Shown here piece after piece: positions 11,501 through 26,500 of a stretch of DNA of 64,000 nucleotides (position 1 is the first letter of the stretch; every line of letters begins with the position of its first letter). The DNA is from Bilabrum cf. latius (taxonomy: Eukaryota): the NCBI GenBank assembly GCA_965178125.1, contig OZ237760.1, positions 558,001 through 622,000 of the forward strand, written 5' to 3'. Below the pieces are notes generated by a model. That model was given only the letters and a program-made list of their open reading frames with translations, made no database searches and had not been told where the DNA came from. The position numbers and the translations under genes are program-made.

Positions 11501-14500
11501 TGATTCGTCAGAGCGCGCAGATTCGCCGCTCCCGCAGACGCCCACGACCCCTGGCGACGAGATCGCCCACGCAGAGTCCGCCGCTGCCGTTGGCTCTTTG
11601 CTCGCATTTGAGCGCGCCATGGCCGCAGTTCGTAGCCGCGCCGCACAGGGACAGAGCGGACGCGTGGCGTCGCCTGCTGAGCAGGTTGTGACCTTCATGC
11701 GGTACGCGTTCGGCACCGTCGCCGCGGAGAGCGGAGCCGCCGACCCGCTCGTGACCGGTGTGAAGCAGCTTTGCAAAGAGAGGGACTTTGCTGCGCAGAT
11801 GCGTGCCACCGGCTTTGCCCACGTGGCCGACACTCTGGAGCAGGCAAGGGCCAGCGGAGATGAAGGCGCGATTTCCCGGGCTCTCCTCATCCTCGCGGTG
11901 GCGATGCGCTCCGCAAGGGCAAATTCGCTGCTGGCGCAAGCAGGTGGCGAAAAGTCTGAGAGCACCGGTCCTGTCATCACGGCTGTGCACGCGCTTGCCG
12001 GCCTCGAGGGCTGCTCCCCAGAGGCCCGGAGGGCCATGTACTCTGCCCAGCTCAGGTGCCTTCGCGTGGCCATCGAGATCCTGAGAGGAGGCATCCTGCA
12101 GGACGGCAAGGCGAACGCCGGCCGCAAGATGAACGCTCGCAGGGTGGCGCTGATGGTCCTTGCCCAGGACTACAACATTGGAGACATCCCGCTGATCCAC
12201 GAGATTCGGCTGCTGCCCACCGTACGAGGCCTTCTGAAGGCTGCTGATGCAGCAGGGGAAGGAGAGGAGCAGGCCCCCAACAACTCCGCCGGCGCAGAAG
12301 AGAGCAAGGAGTCGTCTCCCGAGGAGGATGGGAGTGCTGTTGGCAAGGTGTAGGAGGCAGAGAGGCTGGCACCGCAAGCTGCTGCCTTACTGCGTGTTTT
12401 GACGGCCCGTCTGGTTGGTCTGGATCAGCAGACGCTTCCTGCCGCTGTTGCAAGTGCCGCTGCCACCCCCGCGGAGCTTACCATCGGCATGCAGCGCGAC
12501 CTTCTGGCCGAGACTCATGCCCGTCTGGCCCACGCCTGCGACCTCCTGGCTGTGAAGGTGGCCAAGATAGGGATGGCTGCCTCGCGAGCGGGCAGCAGCG
12601 GCGGGGCTGTGGCTCTGCGTGCGACGTCCGCCCAGCCGTCAATGCCCGCCCATTTGTGCCCTGCAGTGACTTACATTGACGGCACCGAAGCAGTGCCCAT
12701 TTTTGCAGACGCCTCCACCCGCGTATTGCCGGGTGCTGGCGTCGGTCGGGTCTTTTCTATGGGCATGTGGGTGTACGCACCAATCGCTGCACCTGCGCTG
12801 CAGGAGCCGCTGGCAACTGCCAGCAAGGGCATGGTTCTGGCTGACCAGGGGGCCATGCAGTCGGGCCAATTCCCGCTTACGATGACAGCGGTTGCCACTG
12901 GCGGCGGCGATGAGGACGAAGACACGGGAGGGGTGGTGGTCAAGCCGCACTGGACCCACAATGGCTCAGTGAGCGTGAGCTCGAGCCAGCTCTCCGATGG
13001 GAACCGCTCGATCAAGTTCAGTAGCAGTGAGGCGGCCCGCTTCGTGACCGGCATCAAGTCCGGTCTGCTGGAGTGGGAGCTCGACTACACTGACGACTCA
13101 ATGAATGACGAGGGCGGATGCATCGGCGTGGGGCCAGAGTCTCTGACCGGAACCTACAGCTCGAGCAGCAAGAACTACTGGTGCGTGCGGTGCTACAACG
13201 GCCAGAGCTACCACCCTGGAGGGAGTGGAAGCTCGGAGAACAGCCGCAGAATGCACCCCGATAACGGTCCGATCAAGTTCCAGCTGGAAATGTTCGACGG
13301 CAAGAAGCCCGGCGTGTTCCGCATGCACGGCCAGGAGACGACTGGCGCATGGGACGAGGTGTTCACCGACTTGCCCAAAGGACAGACGCTCTATCCCCTG
13401 GCTGCTTCCTACTCGAGCCCCAAGTTCACCATCAAGTCCATCAAGTACACCCCGTTCGGTGGCGGCGGCGGGGGAGGTATGTCCCAGGCCAAGGCCGCGC
13501 TGCTCGAGCAGCTCGAGCAGGGCGAACAGAGTGTGGACGATTTCTTCTCCTCGCAGTTCCTTGGCGCGCTGGCGGGACCGCCAACTCCGGATGAGGAAGA
13601 GGAGTTCCTGTTCAGGCGCGCGGAGCAGATGGGTCTACTGGACCCCCCTGCCGCCAGCCTGGCTGGCAAGACCGTTGCGGCTGTGCCACAGGGCGGGCTG
13701 ACGGAGTCTGAGGAAACTGCGCTCGACGCCAAAGCTGTCAGTATTTCATCGACCCCGTTCCGCTGGCTTGCTCCAACGGCTGATGCGGCCGAGAAGGTGC
13801 TGCAGTGCCAGCGTGGATACAGGGGACACAGGGCCCCGTCAGCTGCAGCTGTTGCCCCAGCGACAGCCAGCGGCTCACGCTTGAGGTCTGGGTCAACATC
13901 CTCTTCTGACTCCAGCTCATCCGAAGACTCGGCATCAGAGGCCTCCGAATCGATGGACAGCGGGTCGACTTCTGGCGACAGCTCGTCCGAGTATGCGGAA
14001 ATGCGGCGGATTAGAGCGAGAAGGAGGCAAAGCAGGAGCACCGCGCGACGTGCGACTTCCAGTCCTGCGGACACGCCACAGACGCAAGCACCCGGGGCTG
14101 GCGCCGCGACTGGAGGCGCCGCCGCCAGTGGCACCGCGCTGTCCACAGTCACGGACCCCGACTGGCGCAAGGCCTCTGACATCTACGAGAAAGAGACCGA
14201 CCCGGAGACCAAGGAAAGGACCAAGGCTCTCCGGAGGGACCCGCACTTCGTATGCCTGGAGGACGGCGGGTCAGTCAGGCTAAGCCGGGGCATCAAGGAC
14301 GGGAAGCTTCGTCTGGTCTTCAAGATCGGCGAGGTCTCCTCCTCGTCCCACTCGTCCGGCTCCAAGCTGTGCAAGGTCGGCGTAACCACCAGGACGGAGG
14401 ACCCTGTGGGGAACACGTGCCTGATGGAGGCGCACTCCGGCAAAGTGCAGGAGGGTGGTCGCACTCACAGCGGCACAGTCGGCGGAGTGGATTCGCGCGA

Positions 14501-17500
14501 GCGTCAGTTTGGGGTGAATGACCGTGTGGAGCTGACCCTGGACATGGCTGACGGTAAATAGAACGGCACCCTTAGGGTTAAGACCCCCACGGGCAGCGAG
14601 TGCGTGATTCTGTCCGACGTGCCCAACGGCAAGCGGTACTACCCCGTGATTGTCGCCCAGACCGAATGCATGTGTGAGCTGCTCGAGGTGGAGCACACGC
14701 AACCAGTGCTGTCGACCGGAGAGAAGCTGGAGAGGCGCATGGCGATGATGAGGAAGCGCTTTGAGGACGTGGCAGGGAAGAAATTCCTTGCGCAGCTCCG
14801 AGCGAGGTCCTCGATTAAACCCGTGGCACACGCAGCCTTGGATGAGGTGGCCGGTGTAGCAGAAGCCGCAGTCAAGTGGGACCCTGACAACAAGTACGGC
14901 ACCGTGCGTCTCGAGTCAGACGACTCCAAGGCCATCCTTGGTAGGGCCAGCGCCGTGCTGGCTGTTGCCGGCATCTCCAAGGGCAAGATCACGTACAAGG
15001 CCAAGGCCACCAACTCGGGCGGCGGGACGCCCGTGTTCTGCCTGGGGTTCGCTCAGTCCCCCATCACCGCCGGCAGGTACGACCAGGGTGCAGCCAAGGC
15101 CATCGTGATTCGCGCATTCAATGGAAAGGTGTACAAGCGAGGTCGCAGCGGGGACGCCAAGGACGGCACAAGCAGCTCCAAGCTCAAGTTCGAGGACAAC
15201 GACGAGGTTGAGTTCACCATGGATCTCAACGACGGCACGGACAAGGGTGTTCTTTCCTGCAAGATCAAGGGGACGGAGGCATTGCTGGCGGACGACATCG
15301 AGCCTGGACAGTACCACCCTGCTTTGTTTTGCTACGGCTCTGGCATTTCAGGTGAGCTACTCTCGATCGAATTAGAGGGGCAGACCGGCAAGGACCTCGA
15401 GACGATGGCAGCAGCGGCAGTCGCCGCAGGAGGAGACTCCACGAGCAGCTCGGGGAAGCTGGACGGCGGACCGTTCAAGGAGTCACTTGCAACGAAGCTT
15501 GACACCAAGTGGAGCGACAAGACCACCAAGGGCTCTGTCGCGATCGAGGGCGACGGCCAGCGAGCCATGGCGCGCGGCGGTCGCTCCAGCACCATCAGTG
15601 AGGCCAAGATCTCAGACGGCCGCGCTCGGATCTAGATCCGCACCTGGGGCTACCCAAGGACAGACCAGTCTGCCCTCATCGGTGTGGCTCGCGGCGGCAA
15701 CAAGAGCAAGGACTACGACAGCTCCGACTGCAAGGCATACATGGTCCGCGCGTTCAACGGGGCCATCTATGTCGATGGGTCGCGCAAGTCGAGCAAGGCA
15801 GACCATAAGTTCTTCCCTAACGACACCATCGAGCTTGACCTCCGCCTGGGCGACGGCAAGGGCAAGGGCGAGCTGTGGTGCAAGAACACAAGCACGACGT
15901 TCAAGATCGCAGAGGTCGAGCCCGGTAGCGACGCCCCGTATTACGTCTGCTTTTAGGCGTATTCGGCCGCCCGCGCGCAGATCGAGAGCTTCGAGCACAT
16001 CCCGTTTGGTGCCGAAGAGGCGAAGGGCGACGCCGCCGAAGGCTCCTCCGCTGCGGCGGCGGTTGCGCTTGACCCGTTCAAGGCAGGCCCCGACTCTTGG
16101 TGCGCAGTAGAGGACAAGGGCTCCGCCTGGGATGTTGCCAGCGCAAAGGCTGAGACTCGCAGCGCGCTGACCCTCGAGTCGTCTAAGATGGCGTTCGTGA
16201 AGATGCGCTCCGGGCTACGGACCGGTGGGACTGGGTTGTCCGCGGGGGTGCACAAGTGGACCATCCGTACCTCTGGGTTTGACGCCAGCAGCAAGACCAT
16301 GCTGCTTGGTATCTGCAAGGCTGACCTGGGCTCCGGCATCTACTCCGAGTCCAAGTGCAGCGGGCTGCTCGTCCGCGGCCACAACGGCGGCATCTACAAG
16401 GCTGGCCACATGGGCAAAGTCAATTCCAAGCTGATGTTTGGCCCCAATGAGGACGTGCAATTCTATCTCAACTTGAGCAAGGACTCGGGCAAGGGCGAGC
16501 TGCAGATGTCCTGCACTGCATCTGCAGGCAAGCTAGTGATGGTAGCGGAAGACCTTCCCCAGGATGGCAGCACCGCCTGGTTCCCGTGCGTGTACACGTA
16601 CGGCAGCGGTGGACGCGCTGAGATCAAGTCGGTGCACACGTTCGATCCAGTGGGCGGTCTTGAGGCCGCTCGCCTGCGCCGCAAGCGCAAGGAGCACCAC
16701 ATGAAGGGCGGCTTGGTGGAGCGTCTGGTTCATAGCAGCAGCACCAAGGGAGTTTCATATGGCTCCTCCATCCCCGTCAAGCCAACTTTTTCTGCCGACA
16801 CGGCTGCCCGCAAGGACGCCATCGACTGCAAGGACGGCATGGTGACGGCGCGAGGCCGCGCTCTCACCGGCGCAAGGACCAAGCAGGGCATCCGCGCTGG
16901 CAGGCTGACGTGGCAGATCGACTCCTCGCTCCACCCACGTGGCGGCGAGAGGGTGCACCTTGGCATCTGGGCCGACGATAACCGCACCGTGGACCACGAG
17001 TCCACGGAGAGCAAGGCATTCATGCTGAGGGCGTACACGGGCGCGTTGTACGGGATGGGAGGTCTCATCATGCCGGTCCCGGGAGGGGGTGCTGCGGACG
17101 AGCGGTCATTCCACCCCAACGAGACGCTGGCGTTCTCGCTCGAGCTGGGCAGCGGTACTTCTCCGGGTCGGTTCACGGTGAAGACACCTCGCGGCGATTT
17201 CGTGCTCAGCACTGACGTGCCCGCCGGCAAGACGTGGTATCCTGCATTCTCGGCTAACCACAACGGAAGCAAGTCTGAGATCATGTCCATGCGATTCGAG
17301 CCCGCGTCCGGGGACGCCAGCGCCGTGAAGCTGGGCGGTGCTGTGGGGATGCCCGAGGTGGCGGCTTCGATTGGCGGTAAGGAAGCAGAGGTGGCCATGG
17401 CTAGCACCTCTATGGGTGCCGTTGGGGCACAACCCAAGGACATCCGCCCACGCTGGAACCTGCCCGCCTCTCGAGGCGAGCTGGAGCTGTACCACGGCGA

Positions 17501-20500
17501 CAGCGGTGTGCAGTGCGAGGGCAAGGCAGGAGTCATCCTGCACCAAGGAATCACCCGTGGTGTCCTGCAGTGGTCCGTCACCACCAGCGGGCACGCCCGT
17601 GGCACGGAGCACAGCCTGCTAGGCATCGCTCCTGGTCAGCTGGGCTCTGGCGACTTTGCAGATGCCGGTCGCTGCGCCGCTATCCTGATCCGCTCCTTCG
17701 ACGGCAGGTTGTGGCTGGACGGAAGGGAGGGTTCTCCCGAGTCGGACCGCGACCCGTTCCTGGCCAATCACCCCGGGGATATCGTCAAATTCGAGCTGGA
17801 TTTGAACAATGGGACGCTGCCCGGCATACTTGCCATGGAGACGCGCGACGGTGCCGCTATTGTCCGCGGGGATATCCCCCCAGGCGTGTGGCACCCGTGC
17901 TTCTTTGCGTTCGGCGGCGGCGCTTCCTGCAGAGTAACCCAGCTCAAGTTCTTCGATCCGATGTGGAACAGCGAGGCGGCGCGCAGGCGCGACGAGGCTT
18001 TGCTCCTGGCTGGCAAGAGTCCCGCCGACAGAGCCGCAGCTCTTCAGGCGCGTATTCCCCGCGGCCTCATGAACCCAACTTGGGTCGATGCCGGCCTGCA
18101 GCCTGCGTCCGAGGGCGTGGCAGCAGGTGCGATCGAAGCGTACGATAGGGAGCGTGAAGCTGCTCTGAAGGAAGAAGAGGAAGACCGAATGGCCGCCAGG
18201 CACGCGCAGCAGCTCAAGGTGCCGGAGCGCGCGGCACCGGAGGAGGCGGGCGGTTTCCTTAGCGGAATTGCCTCGGTGTTCGGCTTCAGCAGCGGAGCAT
18301 CCTCCGGCGAAAAGACAGACGATGCGGTGGCGACAGCTGCTAGTTCTGGCTTGGACAAGCCTGACCTGTCCAAGATGCAGTCTGTGGCTGCTGCTGCGCA
18401 GCCGATCCGCCTCCAGGCAGTCAAGCAGGTGCTGCCGGTCTCCGAGGGTATGCCGCCCGTGCATGCAGCTGCCCATCACCCCTTCCTTGGCGGGGTCAGT
18501 TTCTGGGAGACTATTGTCAGTGGCGATGCGGGCATCGACACGACCATCCACGGTGTGGTGTCTGACGTGGACAACGTCGTTACGGCGATCCGGTTGTCCG
18601 ACGGCGCTATCCTCCGAGGACCGCTGGGAACGCCCGTCAGCATGTACGAGACGATCGGGAAGGTCCCAGCGCCGCCGCCAGCTCGCCCGCGCAGAGGCGC
18701 TCTGTGGAGACGAGCCCGCTTTGTGCTGGATGATGGCAGCAGGATCGGCCAGCCGTCCACAGGCGCCGGCGACAGCTCTGGCCCTGGGCAGGTATTGGCT
18801 TTGAGTGCCATCGTGGACGGCATGGAATACGGGACCATCGCGTCCGATATCGCCATCCCTGCCCGACCGGTGGTTCTGTTCACGTCATCCGACCCGGCGC
18901 ACCTGCCGGCGGCAAGCATCCTTGGGGCTCTGCGCGCTGACGCGTGCGAAGATGCCATCCGAGGCGGAGCTGCGGCACCCGCGCCCGAGGGCGCCCTGTC
19001 TCACGGTGGCCTGCTGTGGAGCAAGACATACCCTACTCCTCTGCTCTCTCGTGCGAATCGCCTAAGGCCCTTGCAGCAGCTGGCGGCCCGCATGCTGCAC
19101 AACAGGCAGGTTGTACTGTCGGCCACCACGGGTGCTCGCGTCCCTGTGGTGGGAGCCGTGGACAAGTCTGGCAAGGCGAAGATCTCGAAGAGAACCGAGG
19201 CAGAGGTCCTCCGGGTCGTCTCGCAGCGGGCCCTGCCTCCGAATAGGTGGTCACACCTCGCCTTCGTGATGGATGGCCAGAACGCGAAGATCTACATCAA
19301 TGGCGAGGTGGTCGCGAACCGCACCGTACCTGCTGGGCTGCAGCTCATGACTGATGGCGCACCGGATGCGCCTGCGCTGGAGGTTGGGCCGTCGTCCGGT
19401 GCCGGTGCGGATGATGACGCCGGTGACAGCTCCTATGGTGGTCTGGTTGGCGTCGCCGCCGACGACTTTGAGGCGGAGCATGAAGTGTCCGAGGCGGAGG
19501 CAGCCCGGATGCCCCCCATGGATCTCGAATCGCCGCACCCGTACCCCGACAACTCGAACACCGTGCAGCAGCTGTCATTCCCCGGCGCTGAGAGTATCGT
19601 GATCCGCTTCGATGAGCGCAGCCGCACCGAGGACGCGCTTGACTACGTCCGCGTGCTCCGAGGGTCAGGCGCATCGCCACTGGACTACTGGGGCGAGCCC
19701 AAGTACTTTGGCGGGCACGAGGGCACGCCGAGGAACTTCCCAGGCACGGACGGGCGCGCTCCCCTGATCGTTCCATCCGACTCGTGCGCTGTCATGTTCC
19801 GCTCGAACCCCGATGGGTCCGACTGGGGCTACAAGCTGACTGCGTCACCCGTGTACCCTGAGGTCACCGTTAAGCCAACCAAGCAGCCTGGTGCCAGCCA
19901 TTCCACGGCCAGGGCGGAGCAGGAGCTGGTCCTCGGTGGGGTTCACCCGCTGACGCTGGTCGTGCCCTGCAAGAAGCACAGTTTCTCTGTCGACTACAAA
20001 GACTTCACGGTCCGGCCTACCAAGGAAGTAACCTTTGGCACGTTTACAATGCCTGGGTTGATGGTGTCGGAAGGCAAGTGGTACTTTGAGTACGAGTACT
20101 TTGGCGGGTCTAGCGACTATGTGTAGATCGGTGTGGCTGACACGAGCTTCGAGCCTGCTGGGGCCTATGACGGTGTCGGTGACGACCAGCACTCGTGGGG
20201 TTTCGATGGCGGTAGGCGTTGTCTGTGGCACGATGGCAGCAAGGACTGGGGCCGGAGGCACAACAACGGGTCCATCTACCAGATCTGCCTCGACCTCGAC
20301 GCGAAGATCATCCGATTTGGACTGGACGGCAGCTACGACCAGATGGGAGATGCCTACACCGGGATAACCTTCAAGGACGGCCTGTTCCCCGCAGCGACGC
20401 CGGCCACACAGTACCTACGAGTGCGGATCGGCGGGCAGCACGGACTCCCACTCAAGCACGGGCCCCCGGCCGGATACAAAGCCCTCGGTGAGCGCGCCAC

Positions 20501-23500
20501 CATGCCAGGCCAGGCAGCGGTGGCCGCCGCGCTGCAGGCACACACGGAGGAGGGTGACCCCCTGGCCGCACTCAAGTCGGCCAGGGCCACCGTCATTGCG
20601 CAAGCGGCAGCCTCTGCCAAACCGGCGCTCGCGATGGGCTCGGGTGCGATCCTTCCCAGCCCCGTCCTCGTGATTGGCGGGAAGAACCCGAGCGGCACTG
20701 CGGCTGCGTCCACGGAGGTGTGGCAGTTTGATCCCACGCCAAATGACGAGGCCACCGCAGGCACGTGGACACAGCGCGCGCATCTGCCTACGCCGCGATT
20801 TGCCGCGTCTGCTGCCATGCTCAAGGATGGGCGCGTGCTCGTAGTTGGTGGCAAATCATCCAAGGGCAAGATGGACAACCTCACCACCTGCGCGATGTAC
20901 GATCCTGCCAAGGACACGTGGGAAGTCTCGCCGGCCACCATGAGCACTGGCCGGTCGTACCCTGTGGCTGTGCCGCTGCCGAACGGCACCGTGCTGGTCT
21001 GCGGTGGGCATTCGGGCAAGTCTGCCCTTGCCTCTGCCGAGATTTTCACGCCCGCTTCTCTTAGTTCAGATGGGCAGGATAGCTGGAAGCTTGCAGCCGA
21101 TATGCCGGGCCCGCTGTCCGGCTCTGGTGGGTGCGTGTTGCCTGACGGCAGGGTGGTTGTGGCTGGTGGCACCGACGGCAAGGCGCGCGTGAGGACTGCC
21201 TACCAGTACATCCCTGTTCTGAACGCCTGGAGCCTCTTCCCGAGAGAAGGCGTGCTGTCCTCTTTGGGCAGGAGCACCCCAGGCCTCGCCGTGACGGATG
21301 CCTCTAGCAGCCGACTGATGCTTGTGGGCGGCTTTGACCAGAACAAGGTGGTGCTCAGCAAGTGCGAGAGCATATCTGCCTCTGGTGCCACCGAGGAGGG
21401 TGAGGACGCTCCCGCTTGGGAGTCTTCTGTGTCCATGCCACAGGCCCGACGAGGGCACTGCACGGTGGGTCTGGGCGCTGGCAAGGTGCTGGTCCTCGCC
21501 GGATTCGAGGACGTGGACTCGAGGCCCAAGTCCCAGGCCTTCCTCTTCGACTCAAATGGTGGGTCTGGCCAGGCTCCTGTGTGGAGCCCCATGGCTGTGG
21601 CTCCCATGCCGCAGCCCAGATCGTCCTCTGCAGCGGTAGCCATCGCACCCATGCAGAGCGGCAGGATCGAGGAGGGCGCTCCCACGTGGATGGCAGCGGG
21701 AGACAAGGCAGGCGCTCTCACTCGCGAGCTCTTGCGATCTGTTGTACCCGGGACTCCGTCGAGCTGGCTGGACGACGTCAAGGCCCAGGCAGCCACCCTG
21801 GCTGCCCGAGTGGCAAGGGCCGGATACAACGGCCCCGAGAAATCCTTCTTGCGCGTGAGGTCGACAGGCGGCACGTTCTCCGCGCTTGCAGGCGGCGACG
21901 CTTGCGCACTGCATGACAAGGTGCCTGTGGCTACCACTGGAGGCGTGCGTCTGCACGGTGCCCTGTCGGACAAGCACTACTTTGAGGCAAAGGTGGAGCT
22001 CGGGACTGGCGCTCGTGTCGGGGTCGCCAACGGCAGGTGCGTCTTTGCAGGCGCGGGGGAAAAGCTGCAACTGGGCGAGGCGGAAGGTTCATGGGCCCTG
22101 GATCTCGACGAGAAGAAGCTGCTGGTCGGCGGCCAGCCCGAAAGGGCCGTCGAGTTCGGCCTCGAGGCGGGTGAGACGATCGTGAACGTTGGCGTGATGC
22201 TCGACCTCGAAAAGGACACACTCGGCTTCCTGGTAAACGGCCATGCCGTGGCATTCGGGGCTGCGTCTGGTGCCGGTGCTGCTGATGGGGCCGGTCAGCT
22301 GGTGCAAGGCAAGCTGCTCGCTGCTGCCGTGATCGGCGGCGGCCTCAGGCCGGCTGTTGCGGTCAAGGCGCCGCACTGTGTTGGCGTGAGCCTGGGCAAC
22401 GGGCACGGAGACAAGTTCTCTCAGCCCGCCCCTGCAGGTTACAGGGCCTTCGGGCTGCAGTACAGGCCCGGCCTGGCCGCTCTCGTCAGGACGGCTGAAG
22501 CAGTTGCTTCGCAGGCCTTGGGCGCCGCCGCGGGAGCCAGTGACAGCGGCAGCCTGTCGCCCGTACCGACCGTGCGCCAGTCCAGCGACGACATGGCTTC
22601 GCCTGTCCAGCAGATGGCAGGCGGGAGCGATGCGCTGTCCAAGGACGTGGCTAGGCACACGATCTCTGCCGGCGCTCAGCCTCTCAACGAGGCGCCCCTT
22701 TACCTCGGTGCTCCATCCATATTCGCGGGTGGTAGCGCCCTCGGAGATTTGGAAGGCGTGGACTCGTCCGCGAAAGAACTGCTGAAGAGGACGAGCGAGT
22801 GCAGGCCGAGGGACGCGGCTCGCGTATTCGTGTCCGGTGTGCAGCTGGTGCCCCGCGCCGGCCTGGGCACTGAAGCAGTGCGCTTCATCGCGCGCAGCTC
22901 TCACGCCCTGTCGCCCCTCCGTGGTGATAACCTTGAGTTCGACCCGGAAGATGCTCAGAGGAGCACGGGGATGTTGCTGGGCGAGAAGGCGGCCATGGAG
23001 GCGATTTGCGTGGCCGATTCCGTGGCCAAGTCGGACCTGGGAGCACAGGGTCTCGCTGGCTCATTCGAAGGCGAGGCCGCGTCGAGCGGCGATGACGGTC
23101 GCTTCAACGGGCTTGGGGCGCTGCTGCGTCTATTCCTTGGCGGGCAGAGCAGGGTCTCGCTGCAGGCGGGTGCCGTGCTCGCTCGGGTCATGCCGAAGAT
23201 CGATCCGTCTGTGGCTGATGCTGCCGTCCTTCGCACTGTGAGAGGTGGCCTCTTCGGAACTGTGCGAAGCGTGGAAGGCGGCGAGATGGAAGCGCAGCAG
23301 CTTGTGGAGTCAGTTGGCGGGCCTGGATGCAACCCGGGCGCGGTGACCGTGCGCTTGCTGCTGACCTTGGCGGGCTGGCCGCAGGTGCAGGGACTCACAC
23401 AGGCTGCTGGAATCTCGCAGTCTGCGGCCAACAGGACCTCCGCAGGCTCTGCGCCGGTGTTCGGCGCCCTGCAGCGCGCGCAGTCCTCGCCCTTCGTGGC

Positions 23501-26500
23501 GCAGGGCATCGCAAGCCGCGCGCAGGCGCTCCTCTAGGTCATCCTTGCCAGCCGCACCGTGGACCAGGACGAGAGCGAATTCGAAGAGAAGAAGATGGAG
23601 ATGGAGATGTCCGGGCAGGAGGAAGGCGGACCGACTGACGGACAGCCGGCAGTTCTGTCGGTGGACTCGCTTGGCCGGCAGCTGTACGTCCCTGACGGGT
23701 GGCGAGCGGCAGTCGTCGAGGGAGTTGCCGGCGCCCTGCAGGCGGGAGCCGCTGCTGTGGGTGGCGTAGAGCGGGCGTTCCAGAGCGGGTCGGGCCCGGC
23801 CGCTCCGTAGCAGGCGGACGTGTGCTTGCTGGCCGGCGCGCTTGGCGTGCTGGGTGGCAGCATCAACTCATTCCGTGCCGGTTCGCGGGCGGAGTTCGGC
23901 CAGGCTGCCAGCGGGGTCTCTGCCGGAGAAGAGGGTACCGTGCTCGATGCCGGCGTGGAGTTTGTCAAGGAGGGCCTGGAGACGGTGATGCAGCAGGTCG
24001 TGCAGGTCCTGCTCCCGCTCGAGCAGAGGCACTCTCATGCGGAGGATGACGCGGAATCGGAGGAGTCCAAGCATGATGATATGCCGTGGGATCCCGTGAA
24101 GGTTGCAGCTGACAAGCTGATTGCCCTCCCGGCGCCCGCTGTGAGCCTGTCGAATGCCCTCTCGGCTGCCCAGCGACTGGCGGTGCCTTCGAGCATCGGC
24201 AGCTCACACCAGGAGCCCAGCGCCCTGCTAGATGTTGTGCTGAACGTCATCCCTTCCGTGCTGAAGACGAGAGCATCGGCGCCAAAGGTCCCCGACGCGG
24301 TCAGGCACGGAATCGCCAAGGCGACTCTGCGCACTGAAGTGATGCAGAAGACCGAAACCATCGCAACCAGCCACCCGCCGAAAAGCAGCGAGCTGAAGGT
24401 GTACTCGATCGAGATCCCCGACGCAGAATCCCTGGTGCTGACCATTGACCGGCGCAGCCGCCTGCCCCGCGGCAGGGAAATCGTGGCGTGGGATGCAGCA
24501 GGCGAGAAGGTGTTGGAGCTGCGCCTTACGGAAGAGCTGCCGCAGGACCGCACTACGTACGTGTTCCGCGGCGAACGGATGCGTGTGGGAATAGATGACG
24601 CTGACAGCAGTGACTCGAGTGACTCTGACGACGACGTGAAGGAGTGGGGTTTCGAGCTCAAGGTGACTGGAATTGGCACCACCACCACGGAGATTCAGCC
24701 GACTGTCACTGCCTCAGAGACGGGCGAGGACGCTCGGGAAGGCGTGTCACCGGCTTGCGTCATGCTTGCCGCAGTGCGTGCGCAGGGCTCTAAGATGATG
24801 GACTCGCTTCTACAGTCGCTTTCGGTGGGCTCCTCAGTAGACCCAGCCAAGGTGCGGCAGCTACTGCCCGCGCTCATGTCTGCGGCTGGTTCGCTCGATG
24901 AGGTGATCGAAGGGACGGATGCCGCTGCTGCCGCTGCTGCAGCGGGTGGCGCGGCCGACTCGCCCATGTCAGCTCTGAAGGGCTTGTCCGCTCATGAGAT
25001 CGAGGAGCGGCTCGGCCTGCTGCAGCTGCTTGCCGCTGAAGGCCCGGTGTCACCTGCGGTAACTAGCCCGCCGAGGACCATTGCAGTGGACGCTGCAGAC
25101 GTGGCTGAGCTGGCCGGAAGCGGCCCTAGCCCCGGCCCAGCGTCGGGAGCCGGAACGGCTGCGGCCGGGCCTTCCTCTGCCGCCGTGCCTGCCAGCCGTG
25201 CTGCCGCGGCGCCGGGTAGCGGCACTGGCAGGAGCGCAGACCCTGCCGTTGTCGCGTGGTACACTGGGTATGACGAGGACGACGAGGATGCTGCCAGCGG
25301 CGCGATGCTCGATGGAGACGACGACGAGGCGAGCACGAGCCACGTGCCCAACAAGACCAAGGGAGGGTCCAAGACCGGCAAGCTCATTAGCACTTAGGAC
25401 CACCCTGCGTTCTCCGTGCTGGACAAGGTGGAGGGCGGAGGTGAAGGATCGGAGGGCGATGACGGTGACGGCGCGGAGGCGCCTGCCAAGCCCTCCGGCG
25501 CAGAGGGCTTCGGTGGCCGGCTGGCAGGATCGCTGCTGTACGGCCATTTGCTGGCCCTCGAAAGCCTCAACGCGCAGAATTCCATGCTGGGTCTCCTGCG
25601 AGCGGGGGCTGCAGCAGCTTTGGCTGCTGATCAGTCCGAGGGCGGACTTGGTCGCAAGGCCCCCCAGACGCTTTACAGCTTCGTGCAGGCGTCGTACGCT
25701 AGGATTGCAGAGAAGGACAGTACCGGAAGCGGGCTCGCCGTGCTGCAGGGTCACCTGCGAGAGATCGTGATGATTCCAGGCAGCGCCAGCGGGCCGTCAA
25801 TGTCCTTCCAGATCTGCGCCTATGCCCTCGAGGCTATCCGGGGCGCGATCGCAGGCCAGATTTCCCTGCGCGACAGCAAGCTGTCCGGCTCGTGCTGGAT
25901 GCTTGGAGCCATGGCCGACGTGGCTCTCTCTATGCGCAAGGAGGCGGAGGAGCTAGGAGCCGGTGCCACCTCCGCGCTGGCGGCGCAGTCGGACGAGATC
26001 ACTGCGGCGCTGCTGGGCGTCAGGACGCTCTCTAGGGTGAGGCGGCTGCTGCAGAAGGAGTCGTCCGCGTCGGAGGGTGGCAGCTCCAGCAGCTCGGCGG
26101 ATGAGGTCACCCATGGAAGGCTACTCTCGCAGAAGCTCCTGGTCCTGCTCGACTCGCTGGCGAGGAGCTCCACTGTGGAGGACGCGCCGACTGCCCTGCA
26201 GGGCTCCCGCACGCTGCAGCTAGCGGCCGAGCTGAGCAGGTACGTAAAGATCGTCGCCAAGAGGCTGTCGAGCGAAGCTGCGGGTGACTCCTCGTGGGAC
26301 ATGGACAGGGCCATCAGCGAGGTTCGCTCGCCCGCGCTGCAGGCCTTGTCCTCCCTGGCTGTGGCCCTTGCAGGTGCCACTCGCGCCATCGAGCCCTTTG
26401 TCCTCATCGCGAGGTTCGGACAGGCGGTTGCTCGCATCCGGCGCGGAAGCGCCCGGGCCGGAACGATCAGCGGGAGCGCCTCGCCTGCCCGGCGCGCGAG

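Noticed and set aside
3588-20126. TAG as Trp (A-to-I editing), Leu, Glu, Tyr or pyrrolysine
   Set aside because: The diagnostic positions align with Gln and paralogs interchange TAG with CAG or CAA. Pyrrolysine is not known in eukaryotes. U-to-C editing cannot be formally excluded without RNA data, but would not explain why only TAG is affected.
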